NCBI GenBank assembly: GCA_040954595.2
Contig: CM082583.2
Span: 1,064,925-1,128,924, forward strand
Length of the DNA: 64,000 bases
Reading direction: 5' to 3'
From: Balanoglossus misakiensis
Taxonomy: Eukaryota > Animalia > Hemichordata
The notes under the pieces are model-generated. The model was not told the origin of the DNA. It was given only the letters and a program-made list of their open reading frames with translations, and made no database searches. This document shows, in pieces, positions 22,401 through 33,800 of this stretch (position 1 is its first letter; every line of letters starts with the position of its first letter). Both the position numbers and the translations under genes were made by a program.

Positions 22401-25078
22401 TCCATGTTCAACAAAAACCAAACCTATAGCCCTATTGGTTAGCCTGGAATTAGGTATGCACATAATTAATGAGATATGCAAGTGTCACAGGTGACCCCCA
22501 ATTTTGGCTTTTCAATTTTAGTCCCAACCCTCCAAACGCGAAGTCTCTACCTGCTCTGGATGCCAAGATATGATAAAGTAGGTCAAAGGTCACCTGAGGT
22601 CATGCAAAATTTGGGCAAGAAATTTTGACCTTATACTGGTCCATGTTCAATAAAAACCAAACCTATAGCCTTATTGGTTAGCCTGGAATTAGGTATGCAC
22701 ATAATTAATGTGTTAAGCAGGTGTTACAGGTGAGCCCAAAAATTTGCCTTTTATTTTGGCCCCATTGTGCTCACTGACCAATAGACAGTCACTGTACAGG
22801 ACTATTGCACAGACCAGAACTTCACAATAAGACGTGGACATAGCTTAACCATAGAGGTATAAGTAAAGGTATAAATTTAATAAAAAGACTAAAAAATTCA
22901 TAAAAAATAAAACATCCATGATATTAACTTAACACTTACAGGTCGATGTGAGGTTGACATAAGGTACATGCATACCAATTTTTAAAGCAATCTGAGCAGT
23001 AGTTGTTGACTTTCAGAGTTTTGATAAATTTCACATTTTACTGGCTAATTTGCATATTTTTGGGCCTGGCAACTTCGTTTGGACAAACTCCCATCTACAG
23101 CCCTGCCTGCATCTGCACACCAAATATCAAGGTGATACGCGCAGCGGTTTTCAAGTTTTTGATGTGGACGGACATACAGACATACATACATACATCCATA
23201 CAGACACAACCCATCCCATAAGGTCCCATGGTATATAGGCCTATACCAATGGGACCTAATAACACAAACAATATCTTGTATCAAACATAATTAATGTAAA
23301 AAAGCAGCAAGAAGCAGAGAGAGACTTTGCCTTAAGGGGTCACTGATAGACAAGGCTGAAATTTTTTAGTGCAACCTTTGAGTCAGATAATCAAGTTAAT
23401 CAAGTATAATGCACCTGTGCACTTACACAATCAAAGTGGTGGAACTTGGAGGTAGCATTGTTGGAATAAAAGTGCCCATACTTGGGCCATTGTCACATGA
23501 CCAGACAGGTACCACTATCCTGCAATTTTGCAAATACATGTCTAAAATGGCATTTGTTGAATTTGTTATGTTCATGCCAGGCTTTGCATAATTGCATGAT
23601 AGCATGAATATACCAACCATAAAGTCCACCATGCCAATGATACCCACTGGATAATGGGGTCTGCCCAGTCATGTGACAATGACAGAAATGGCGCTTTTCT
23701 TCCAACAAAACAAGTTCTGCCACTTCTATTTTTGTCTGTTTTTGTTTAAAAAGAAGCAAGTGAATAATAAAAAACTACCATGACTTTTTAACCTGGATAA
23801 TCCAACACAAAACGGGCACAAAGAAAAAAAACAACCTTTCAATTTATCCAGTTAAATACTTGACACAACTTGTGACAATGTAAATAGACATGATTTACTC
23901 ACTCTGCCCAACTGCAAACATGAAGACTGGCAACTTGTCTGTCTTCGCCTTCATACTTTTGTATTTTGCCTTCAGGTCTTTTAATTGGAAATTCATTGGG
24001 TCCTTCATCCTTATGAACACTCCTATGTCATTCATCTCATAAGGTACAAAATCCACGTCGATGAAGTGTGCCGATACACTCTGGGCCCAGTGCATGGCAT
24101 TTGAGCCACTGCCCACGGTAATGGCCACCTGACTTTTTCTGCCGACAGCTGATGGTAGTACTGCCCCCATTTTCTTTAGAACTCCTTTACTGTCTTTTAT
24201 CAGTGGTGTAACATTTAACACCTGAATGAAAATGTTACAAAATAGGGTAAACATCAAAATTTTAATAAATGTATGTAAAATGGCATGAATATAAACTTAA
24301 ATTTTCATAAAATCAGGAAATAACTAACAAGGAAAAGACTTGTACATTGCATGGATATGAAGAAAACATGTGTTATAACTCCTAGCAATTACGTATAATG
24401 CTTAAAGGCTGAACTGTACATAACCTTGGTCTATACTTTCCTGTGTATGTATACTCTACACTTCTATTCTATTCCCTAAAGCATGATGAAATTACCAGTG
24501 TCTAGAATGTTTACCTTGTCTGTAAATTAGATGATGAGAAATTAAATACATGTACTGGGCAATTCATCATGCTATTGGGTGTAGAATGGAAAGAAAACAA
24601 AAGTGTAGACAAAATACAAAAAGGTTAGTGGTGGGGGGGGGACTAAAAACTTCCCAAAATACTTCAAGAAAGGCAGTTCTTATCTTTCTTCATTTATGTA
24701 TCATTTGGATTGCAATTCCTACCTGTTGTTCTGGTGGCTTTGGAACAGATCGCTTCAGTCTCTTTGATTTTACTTCAGCCTCTTTCATCTGAAACTGTTC
24801 GGCTAGTCGCCCCAATGCTTCTTGACTCTCTTTCAAGGGATAAAAAACATTAAGTGTTACTTAAATTGTTTGAACAGTTGCACTTTTTTCAATGAGTTGG
24901 ATATTCCATAGGCATCAAGTGAGAAAGCAACTGTGCTGAAAAATACGAATTCTAGAAAACAATTTTTGTGAATTATCCAAATTGACGAGTGCAAAATTTC
25001 CAAGGGAAAAAGTATCTTCCTACATTTACAGTACATTTCACATTTACCTTTGGTCAGGTCTTCTTTTCTCTTATACAT
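19463..25078 (-). CDS. Multi-exon gene of unknown function with coiled coil and C-terminal UBX-like domain (exons 25048-25078, 24723-24829, 23903-24221, 23427-23646, 21628-21731, 21193-21402, 20677-20718, 20192-20314, 19814-19993, 19463-19528)
   Basis: GT-AG exons with matching phases, except one junction (23427 to 21731) that needs a missing exon or a lesion. The C-terminus reads ...EREKQAQRKLQRKH|AAQARAENIRLP...RQICIMVNDEVLERPFRDLDTLK|DVFDWICGT...FFLQCFDPP..., which resembles the UBX R-x-F-x3-DTLxDVxDF pattern. The start codon is not established. Confidence 0.7.
20910..21071. mobile_element. Tc1/mariner-type MITE in an intron
   Basis: TIR CAGTAAAACCTGTC ... GACAGGTTTTACTG followed by TA. 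Confidence 0.7.
21326..21381. repeat. 15-bp coding minisatellite (VSCDP x4)
   Basis: ATCACAGGACACAGG is repeated in frame within exon 21193-21402. Confidence 0.9.
22006..23330. mobile_element. Non-autonomous TIR element flanked by TTAA (Kolobok/piggyBac-like)
   Basis: The left end TTAA|AGGGACAATGTCTCTCTCTTGCTGC..CATTAATTATGTTTGATACAAGA is an imperfect inverse of the right end TCTTGTATCAAACATAATTAATG..GCAGCAAGA..AGAGAGAGACTTTGCC|TTAA. Confidence 0.7.
22300..23260 (+). mobile_element. HINE/DINE-1-like non-autonomous rolling-circle element nested in the TIR element
   Basis: It has an internal ~241-bp tandem duplication containing GGTCAAAGGTCA, an (ACAT)n/ACAG microsatellite at 23170-23207, and a 3' hairpin GGTCCCATGGTATA-taggcc-TATACCAATGGGACC at 23222-23256. 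Confidence 0.6.
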
Positions 25079-26896
25079 CTGAAATGATATTAAAAGCATA
25101 ACATAAAATAACTATCTGTTGTACCTCATCTCCTACTGGCAACACTGAACATTTCTACATGCTGCCGCCAATAGAACAAACTATTAGTTGATACACCCAG
25201 TAGAATATAAATGCCATACAAGTTGTCAAAAGTGCTTTTATACACCAAGTATTCTGCTAGAAGACACAGTATGCATATGTTTAAAGGCTGTTGTTGACTT
25301 GAACTCTATTTTCTATGATAACAGCAATCGCATCATGTATTGACAATGAAATCCATGACTAGACTCAAACCAGAAACTAGCTGACACAACAGAGCTTTAC
25401 ACAATACAAAGCATAAAGAAGCATTGAAATCATCCATATTGCTTACATGTGATATATGGCTTATGACAGTCCAAATTTCATTGCGACGCCGTTTCACTCA
25501 GATCAATTGGTCATAGTGGAGTGGAAATGTGGCGGTTTATGAGAGTTCATACTGGCAGTTCAATCACATTTAATTGACGGAGTTGGTGCCCATGACAGTA
25601 TAAAGCAGTAGTTAATCAAATTTTGTCAACAGTACTACATGTACTTGGAAATTATTTACAGAACTATAAAATAAGCCAAGATACATTTCTCTCAAATCAG
25701 TGTTGCAATTGAGCATTTATATAATAAAATGATGAAGCAGTATTTGTCACAGACATATGTTGTAAGTAGCAAAAGAAACAGTTTAGGTATTTTGATAGGG
25801 TTCGATAACTCAGCTGCTAACATTTGCAAAGTGCCTATAGTGTAAGGGCCTGGAATTATCATGACAATTTCAGAATCAAAGAGAAAAATACCGTCAAGGA
25901 CAGTGTGGTCCCGTTTAAGGATTACGGAAGGAAAGGTTTTCACCAGAATACACACACACAGATCAACAGGCAAACACTGACTGGCCATTGACTGACTCGT
26001 GAGCTGCCAATGGCATGTGTACTGTGCACACACCAAATAGAACAGCAAATAGAACTGTCTCTTGACAGATGGGCTAAGTTATATAAACATGTAGACATTT
26101 TCTGTGTAAAAAAACTCATTAGGGGATTTCATCTAACTTGCAAAGAACAATGTTCAGGATATTTTTCTGCTTGAGATAAAAAAAATTGTGGTAAATGTAT
26201 AAGACAAAATGTCATAAAATACAACAATTCAAATTTTACTTTGATTTGATCCCATTATAATTATAAAGGAGCACATCCCGTTGACTCACAACTCAAATTT
26301 TACAGAAATCAATTGAAAATTTTCTGATATCAACTAATACATGGAAACCTAGAAAACATAATACAAAAATACAAGATTTTCATTTTCACTATAATTTTGA
26401 TATATCATAATAACAATCCCCAAAGGAAACTACATTTAGTAAATTGCAAAGCAATTGGATGGACAACCCGTTTCAGAGAAATTGATTTTTGTACCAAAAA
26501 TGGAAAAAACAGCCACAAGAATACGAAATCTACACTTTCATTAAAGGGTCTGCAAATTTCAAAGCAATCAGGGTAGAGGCTTTTGAGAAATATTTTTTTG
26601 ACCAAGAATGTCCTAAATCATCCCAAAAATATACAATTGATTTCTTCCCCTTGATTTGAAAAACAAAATCAAGGAAACTACATCTGATGCACACCCTCAA
26701 ATGAAATTTCTGATAAATACTATTACAGACGCAACCAATCCCATAAGGTTCCAATGGTATATATGCATATACCAAATGGGACCTGGTAAAACACATATCA
26801 TCCCTCAAGAATTACAAATTGATTTCATCAAAATTCTTTCAGTCAAGATGGGTGCCAGAAACCAATACACCATGTCCTGCCAAACAACACCTTTAT

Positions 26897-28184
26897 TTAT
26901 ATATCAAATAATATTAGTGATGAGATTTGCCCCTGACTGACATCTGTGCCATTGCTCAGACCTTGCATACTGAAATTTTTAAATGTCACCCAGAAATCAG
27001 TACTTTTTAATGTTGTGATTCTTCGGCGAGAGATCCCACATGACCCGAATGATGTTTCTTTATTTCCTCTGATTTGACAGACAACTGAATAATCTACATT
27101 GGGTTGGATTTTAATCAGCTTACTGAAGACAACAGGAAAGGTAATCTGGGGGGGAAGTGTTTGAGGCTTCTGTATTGTACACAACAGCTTGTTGATGATT
27201 TAATATTGTGACATGAGCATGGACACTTTCATCTGTATTTCCAAACACATAAACACCTAGCAGTGAGACAGGAACATCCACTGAAAAGGAAATCCTGTCA
27301 CCCTCAAATTGGTTTCCTTTCCATGTGTTTGGATTTTTTTCATTGATGAAACGCCGCGCCACAATGGCATTATTTGGAACCACATTTCTTGTGATTACAT
27401 CCACATAACCAGGAACAGGAAAATTGCATCCAGGATGTCGAACTGCTTTTAATATCTGGAAGACATCTTCATAACACAAAATTTGTTCAGAAATTAGTCG
27501 ATGAATACTTTCTTCACTTAACGACAAGAAACGGATGTGGGGAAGAAATGGCTCAAAACAAAAGGGGGCATCCATATCATTGCCATTGACACCCTGAAGT
27601 TTCCTTTCCACCCATAAAAACAATGCATTCAAAAGTGTGTCTTCCTTTACCGAAAGCGTCTGACGCTGAATTATTTTTACAACTATGCTTTCAGGAAGTT
27701 GAAGAAAATCTTCCAAAACTTGCTCAGAATTAAACAGTTTAACACCATTCTGATCAATTATTGACAGACAGTGTTCAAAAGTACTATCTAACTGGTATTT
27801 CTGACAAAATACAAGGTCTCTAATACTGCGGGAAGTTACAATGTTGGAAATTAAAAATGATTCACATTTCTCTTTTAAAGAATTTATCATGTAAAAGTTA
27901 CATATCTCCACATAATCTTCAACATTTTCACTTGTAATATTTAACTTTTCAAAATAAAAATCATCAATGACATTTTGCATGAGTAAGGGATCAAAGTCAG
28001 AACAATCAATGGTTTTGTCGTTGGATCATTCCGAATGCAAACGGGCGGCAAACACATCCGAAAAAAGACACAACACCAATGAATGGGCCCTTCTCGTCTG
28101 ACCATCTCTGAAGCGAAGGATGACATCATTTGCTACAGTGTCTTGGTTTCTATATCAAGTTTGCAATTTTTGGGCCAGTAACAT
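26897..28184 (-). pseudogene. BTB-BACK-PHR domain protein (BTBD1/2/3/6-like architecture), single coding exon, disrupted
   Basis: BTB: NDVILRFRDGQTRRAHSLVLCLFSDVFAARLHSE*SNDKTIDCSDFDPLLMQNVIDDFY. BACK: LKEKCESFL...FLQLP...EDTLLNALFLW...LPHIRF. PHR: RRF...W...DRISFSVD...LLGVYVFG...NGTDVSQGQI. There are TGA stops at 28155-28157 and 28026-28028 and a frameshift near 27175. Confidence 0.88.
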
Positions 28185-28352
28185 GATGTCTGCAAGTGTA
28201 ACAAAGGTATAACACCAGTATTGTATCAGTTTAGTTGTATATCGACACAAACTGAATAGCTCAGGGCCTAACTGTATCCTAATTATATTGGAAAATATCT
28301 GAATTGTTAGATTGTTCATTTTATCAGTTTATTACCATTTTGGTAGGAAATT

Positions 28353-30416
28353 CTAATTGTTCTCAAAAATTGCACAGACAAGTATTACATATACAACAGG
28401 CTTATTGCATCAAAACTAGAAAAACAAATAAACATGGAAACAAATTGGGTTATATTTGTCCCAGACAGAAATCTATGAACGGTTATGAAATCTGGCGACT
28501 TCTTGATGAAGTTTCTTTTAATTTCTGTAGTAAACTTAACTGTCAAAAGTTGTTTATTTTATCATACCTTATTCAAATGTGAAATATCATAGTCGAAATT
28601 GGGGCATTATAGTGAAAAAATGTAAAATTACAGTTTATAAATTGGTTGGTAAATCGGAATAAATCATGTAAATTTACATGAATGTCATTAGAAAGAAAAG
28701 TCAAAGTTCAAATAAAGAGTTCAATCAAATTCATGGAGATTCCATGACAGTGTATATCATCTGTTACATTTCTTTTTGTTCTTTTCTAAATTATGTTGAA
28801 CTCTCTTTTTTTCAGCTTTTCAACATATTCCAGTGCATTATTATGACACAGTTGCATTTTGACTGTTGCTGAAAAAGGTCTGCAGACTTGTTCCTAAATT
28901 TACCACTTTAGGTGCAAACATTATACACGAAAACAAGAACACCACATCTAATTGAAATGCAGGTGTCCATAGAAACCAACCAATAATGTAATCAACCCAT
29001 GTTTTTTCAGCTGTGTCACTATCAGTTTCACTATCTGTAGGCTCATAAAACAAACAGCTATGGACTCCCAACAGGAACCCAACTTGGGTTAACATTTGAA
29101 CAGTAAAAAATGACCTATACCTCCCTGAACTGACTATTTTCTGTTCCCAAACTAAATTCCTGAACAAAATTTCTTGTCCGTTTACAAATTGCAGCCACTT
29201 TTCCAAGGAGTACCAGTTAGATTTCCACACAGCCAGCCAGCGAACTCTGACCCTCACCCAAAATGGACATTCAGTTAACTTCGTGCGAGCGCCATATTAG
29301 CATATCAATAGCAATCATTTCAAGTTGAGAACTTTCTCTGTGGATGATCGGCTGAAATACGTAAACTAACCAGAGAATTTGTTCACGAAAAGAGTTTAGG
29401 AAACAGTAAATTAAAAAAGATAACACAGACGAGACAGTGGATTCGCAGGAAACTAGCGGAAAAGACTAGCAAACGAACATAACTGTTCTTACCTTCACTA
29501 CAACTTCGCTCCACAAGTTCTGTTTGCAGTGGTGAATTGTTCTCAAAAATTGCACAGACAAGTATTACATATACAACAGGCTTATCGCATCAATACTAGA
29601 AAAACAAAAAACATGGAAACAAATTGGGTTATATTTGTCCCAGACAGGAATCTATGAACGGTTATGAAATCTGGCGACTTCTATGACTTGATGAAGTTTC
29701 TTTTAATTTAATTTCTGTAGTAAACTTAACTGTCAAAATTTGTTTATTTTATCATACCTTATTCAAGTGTGAAATATCATAGTCGAAATTGGGGCAAACA
29801 TTATACATGAAAACAAGAACATCACATCTAATTGAAATGCAGGTGTCCATAGAAACCAACCAATAATGTGATCAACCCATGTTTTTTCAGCTGTGTCACT
29901 ATCAGTTTCACTATCTGTAGGCTCATAAAACAAACAGCTATGGACTCCCAACAGGAACCCAACTTGGGTTAACATTTGAACAGTAAAAAATGACCTATAC
30001 CTCCCTGAACTGACTATTTTCTGTTCCCAAACTAAATTCCTGAACAAAATTTTTTGTCCGTTTACAAATTGCAGCCACTTTTCCAAGGAGTACCAGTAAG
30101 ATTTCCACACAGCCAGCCAGCGAACTCTGACCCTCACCCAAAATGGACATTCAGTTAACTTCGTGCGAGCGCCATATTAGCATATCAATAGCAATCATTT
30201 CAAGTTGAGAACTTTCTCTGTGGATGATCGGCTGAAATACGTAAACTAACCAGAGAATTTTTCACGAAAAGAGTTTAGGAAACAGTTATTTAAAAAAAGA
30301 TAACACAGACGAGACAGTGAATTCGCAGGAAACTAGCGGAAAAGACTTGACAAACGAACATAACTTTTCTTACCTTCACTACAACTTCGCTCCACAAGTT
30401 CTGTTTGCAGTGGTGA
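28353..30416. repeat. Tandem segmental duplication (28353-29535 / 29536-30416; second copy lacks ~310 bp)
   Basis: Both copies start AATTGTTCTCAAAAATTGCACAGACA and end TTTGCAGTGGTGA. ORFs 28841-29257 and 29763-30137 are near-identical. Confidence 0.92.
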
Positions 30417-30429
30417 CTGCGCATGCTCA

Positions 30430-30825
30430 GAAAATCAGAGAAAACGCCGATGCGAGAAAACTCTTTAGCTGAAACGCCAATGCGCATGTGTAGAATGCCG
30501 GCGCGACAAAACTCTCCAGAAACGCCGATGCGAGAAAACTCTTTAGCTGAAACGCCAATGCGCATGTGTAGAATGCCGGCGCGACAAAACTCTCCAGAAA
30601 CGCCGATGCGAGAAAACTCTTTAGCTGAAACGCCAATGCGCATGTGTAGAATGCCGGTGCGACAAAACTCTCCAGAAACGCCGATGCGAGAAAACTCTTT
30701 AGCTGAAACGCCAATGCGCATGTGTAGAATGCCGGTGCGAGAAAACTCTCCAGAAAAGCCGATGCGAGAAAACTCTAGCTGAAACGCCGATGCGACAACT
30801 CTGTAGAAACGCCGATGCGAGAACT
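30430..30825. repeat. 78-bp tandem repeat (about 4.5 units) built from GAAACGCCRATGCG sub-repeats; candidate subterminal repeat
   Basis: GAAACGCCGATGCGAGAAAACTCTTTAGCTGAAACGCCAATGCGCATGTGTAGAATGCCGG recurs every 78 bp. Confidence 0.93.
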
Positions 30826-33800
30826 CATCAAATCACCGGTTGTGATTTTGTCGGCGCCGGTAGATTGAGTAAAGGTGTCGGCAAAAATTTGGTTGTTACC
30901 GGCATTTTAGATTACGGCGTCGGCACCCAATGTGCGTCATATTTTCAGCATATGCGTTCCTATCATTTGTCTATGGACTTTACCCATGTATTGAGAGAAG
31001 TTGTCGGGGGTCCCCAACGGCTTTCCATAGTCTGTCATGGTGTGCCGGGGTTTTAGTCGAGCCAGGCCGTAGGAGATCTGACTTGATCATCGTGGTCAAT
31101 GTACGCGTGTTTCCGCTCTAAAGTGCCGGGGCTTCAGCTAAACCAGGCCGTAGGAAATCCGACGTAATCACCGTTGATAACTTACGCCAGTCTGTGTCAT
31201 ATAGAGCCGGTGCACCAGCCGAGTCACGCCGTAGGAAATCTGACTTGATCAACGTGGTCAATGTACACCTGTTTCTGCTCTAGAGCGCCGGGGCTTCAGC
31301 TGAGCCAGGCCGTAGGAAACCCGACGTGATTACCGTTGTTAACTTACGCCAGTCTGTGTCCTATATATAGTGCCGGGGCATCAGCCGTGTCAGGCCGAAG
31401 GAAATGTGAGTAGATCAACGTGGTCTCTGTACGCGTGTTTCTGCTCTAGAGTGCCGGGGCTTTATCCAAGCCATGCCGTAGAAAATCTGACTTGATCACC
31501 GTTGCTAACGTACGATAGTGTCTGTCATATTGTGACGGAGATTTAGCCGAGCCAGGCCGTAGAAAAATCGACTTGTTCAACGTTACCAGTGTGCAACTGT
31601 TTCTGCTCTAAAGTCTCAGGGTTTTAGCCGACTTATGCTGTAGGAAATCTGAGTTGATGAACGGGAATTCAATGTTAGAAAACCCGTGTGGAAAGTATCT
31701 CTACCCGTTTGAAACTAAGAAAAGAATTAATTCTTATTTATTTTGTAAAAAAGACAATTTTTCGAAAAAAATTCGAAAATGGTAATTTTGTCTTGGGTGA
31801 TTCAAATTATACCGCCTTTTCTGGAATTTGCAGCACTTTTTACAAGAGAACGACACTTCATGCTCCATAATATTTCCGAAAATGAAGAAAAGAGTTAATT
31901 TTTTATGATTTTTTTAAAAATTTACCATTTTTGTCAAAATATGGCCAAAATGGCTATTATTTCTTGAATTCCGTCAATATCTCTGCATTTTTGGAGTGGT
32001 CGAAAGTTTTAACATACAATCAACATGTCATATATGATCAGGGCACCAAATTCGAAGATGAAAGGTTTTTTTATTTTTTTTTTCTAAAAATGACATTTTC
32101 AAGGAAAATTTTGTAAAACGCAATTTTGTCTGCAGTGAGCCAAATTAGACGGTCTTTTGTGGAATTTGTATCGATATATACATACGAAGAGCATTCTATA
32201 CTCCATCAGATTTCCGAAAATGTAGAAAACAGGTATTTTTTGTAATTTTCAAAAATTTACCATTTTGACCAAATTGTGGCTAAAATTGTTATTTTCGTGT
32301 TGAATGCCGCCAGTGTCACTGCTTTTAAAAGTCATAAAAACTTTTAACATACAAGCAATTGTTTATATATGATCAGGTCACCGAATTAAAAAAATAAAGA
32401 ATGTTTTGCCTAAAAATGACCTTTTTGGTGCAAAAACGAATAAAACGCAATTTTGCATTAAATCAGCTCATTCAGAGTGCATTTTTTATAATCAGCACCA
32501 TTTTTACATATAATGGAAATTTCATACATCATCAGATATCCAAATATGAAAAAATGATTTAGATTTTAGATGATTGTCGAAAATTAGCTGATATCTAATA
32601 AATGTAGTATTGAACCGTTCTGTTCCCCCCCCCCCTACATTATATGCGGTACGCCGATGTCAGCTTACCCGGCAGTACTGCAGGCCGTGCCCCCAACTAA
32701 CGTCGGTGTTTGAAACGCCCGGGTTTAATTCGGGCTTTCTCAATAAATTGACAGGCAATAATGCAGTCCTACCCGAACAAATGTCGAGTATTGACCAGCT
32801 GTGACTTTCCCTCTTCGGTTTGCCCGACTTAGCCAACGTCTTTGTACTAGAGTGTCGGGTCTTTTGCAGAGCCAGGCCGAAGGAAATCCGACTTGATCAC
32901 CGTTGCTAACGAACGCTAGTGTCTGTCATGGTGTGCCGGGGTATTAGTCGAGCCAGGCCGTAGGAGATCTGACTTGATCATCGTGGTCAATGTACGCGTG
33001 TTTCCGCTCTAAAGTGCCGGGGCTTCAGCTAAACCAGGCCGTAGGAAATCCGACGTAATCACCGTTGATAACTTACGCCAGTCTGTCTCATATAGAGCCG
33101 GTGCACCAGCCGAGTCACGCCGTAGGAAATCTGACTTGATCAACGTGGTCAATGTACGCCTGTTTCTGCTCTAGAGTGCCGGGGCTTCAGCTGAGCCAGG
33201 CCGTAGGAAACCCAACGTGATTACCGTTGTTAACTTACGCCAGTCTGTGTCCTATATATAGTAACGGGGCATCAGCCGTGCCAGGCCGAAGGAAATGTGA
33301 GTAGATCAACGTGGTCTCTGTAGGCGTGTTTCTGCTCTAGAGTGCCAGGGCTTTAGCCAAGCCATGCCGTAGGAAATCTGACTTGATCAACGTTGCTAAC
33401 GAACGCTAGTGTCTGTCATGGTGTGCCGGGGTTTTAGTCGAAACAGGCCGTAGGAGATCTGACTTGATCATCGTGGTCAATGTACGCGTGTTTCCGCTCT
33501 AAAGTGCCGGGGCTTCAGCTAAACCAGGCCGTAGGAAATCTGACTTGATCACCGTTGCTAACATACGCTAGTGTCTGTCATATTGTGACGGAGATTTAGC
33601 CGAGCCAGGCCGTAGAAAAATCGACTTGTTCAACGTTACCAGTGTGCAACTGTTTCTGCTCTAGAGTGTCTGGGTTTTAGCCGACTTATGCTGTAGGAAA
33701 TCTGAGTTGATGAACGGGAATTCAATGTTAGAAAACCCGTGTGGAAAGTATCTCTACCCGTTTGAAACTAAGAAAAGAATTTATTCTTATTTATTTTGTA

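Noticed and set aside
28841-30137. Duplicated ORFs MRVRVRWLAVWK...
   Set aside because: GTG starts, no motif and divergent ends; more likely UTR/intron sequence in a duplication.
30290-30782. Repetitive ORFs on both strands (MRIGVSAKEF.., MRENSLAETP..)
   Set aside because: By-product of a 78-bp (multiple of 3) tandem repeat open in several frames.
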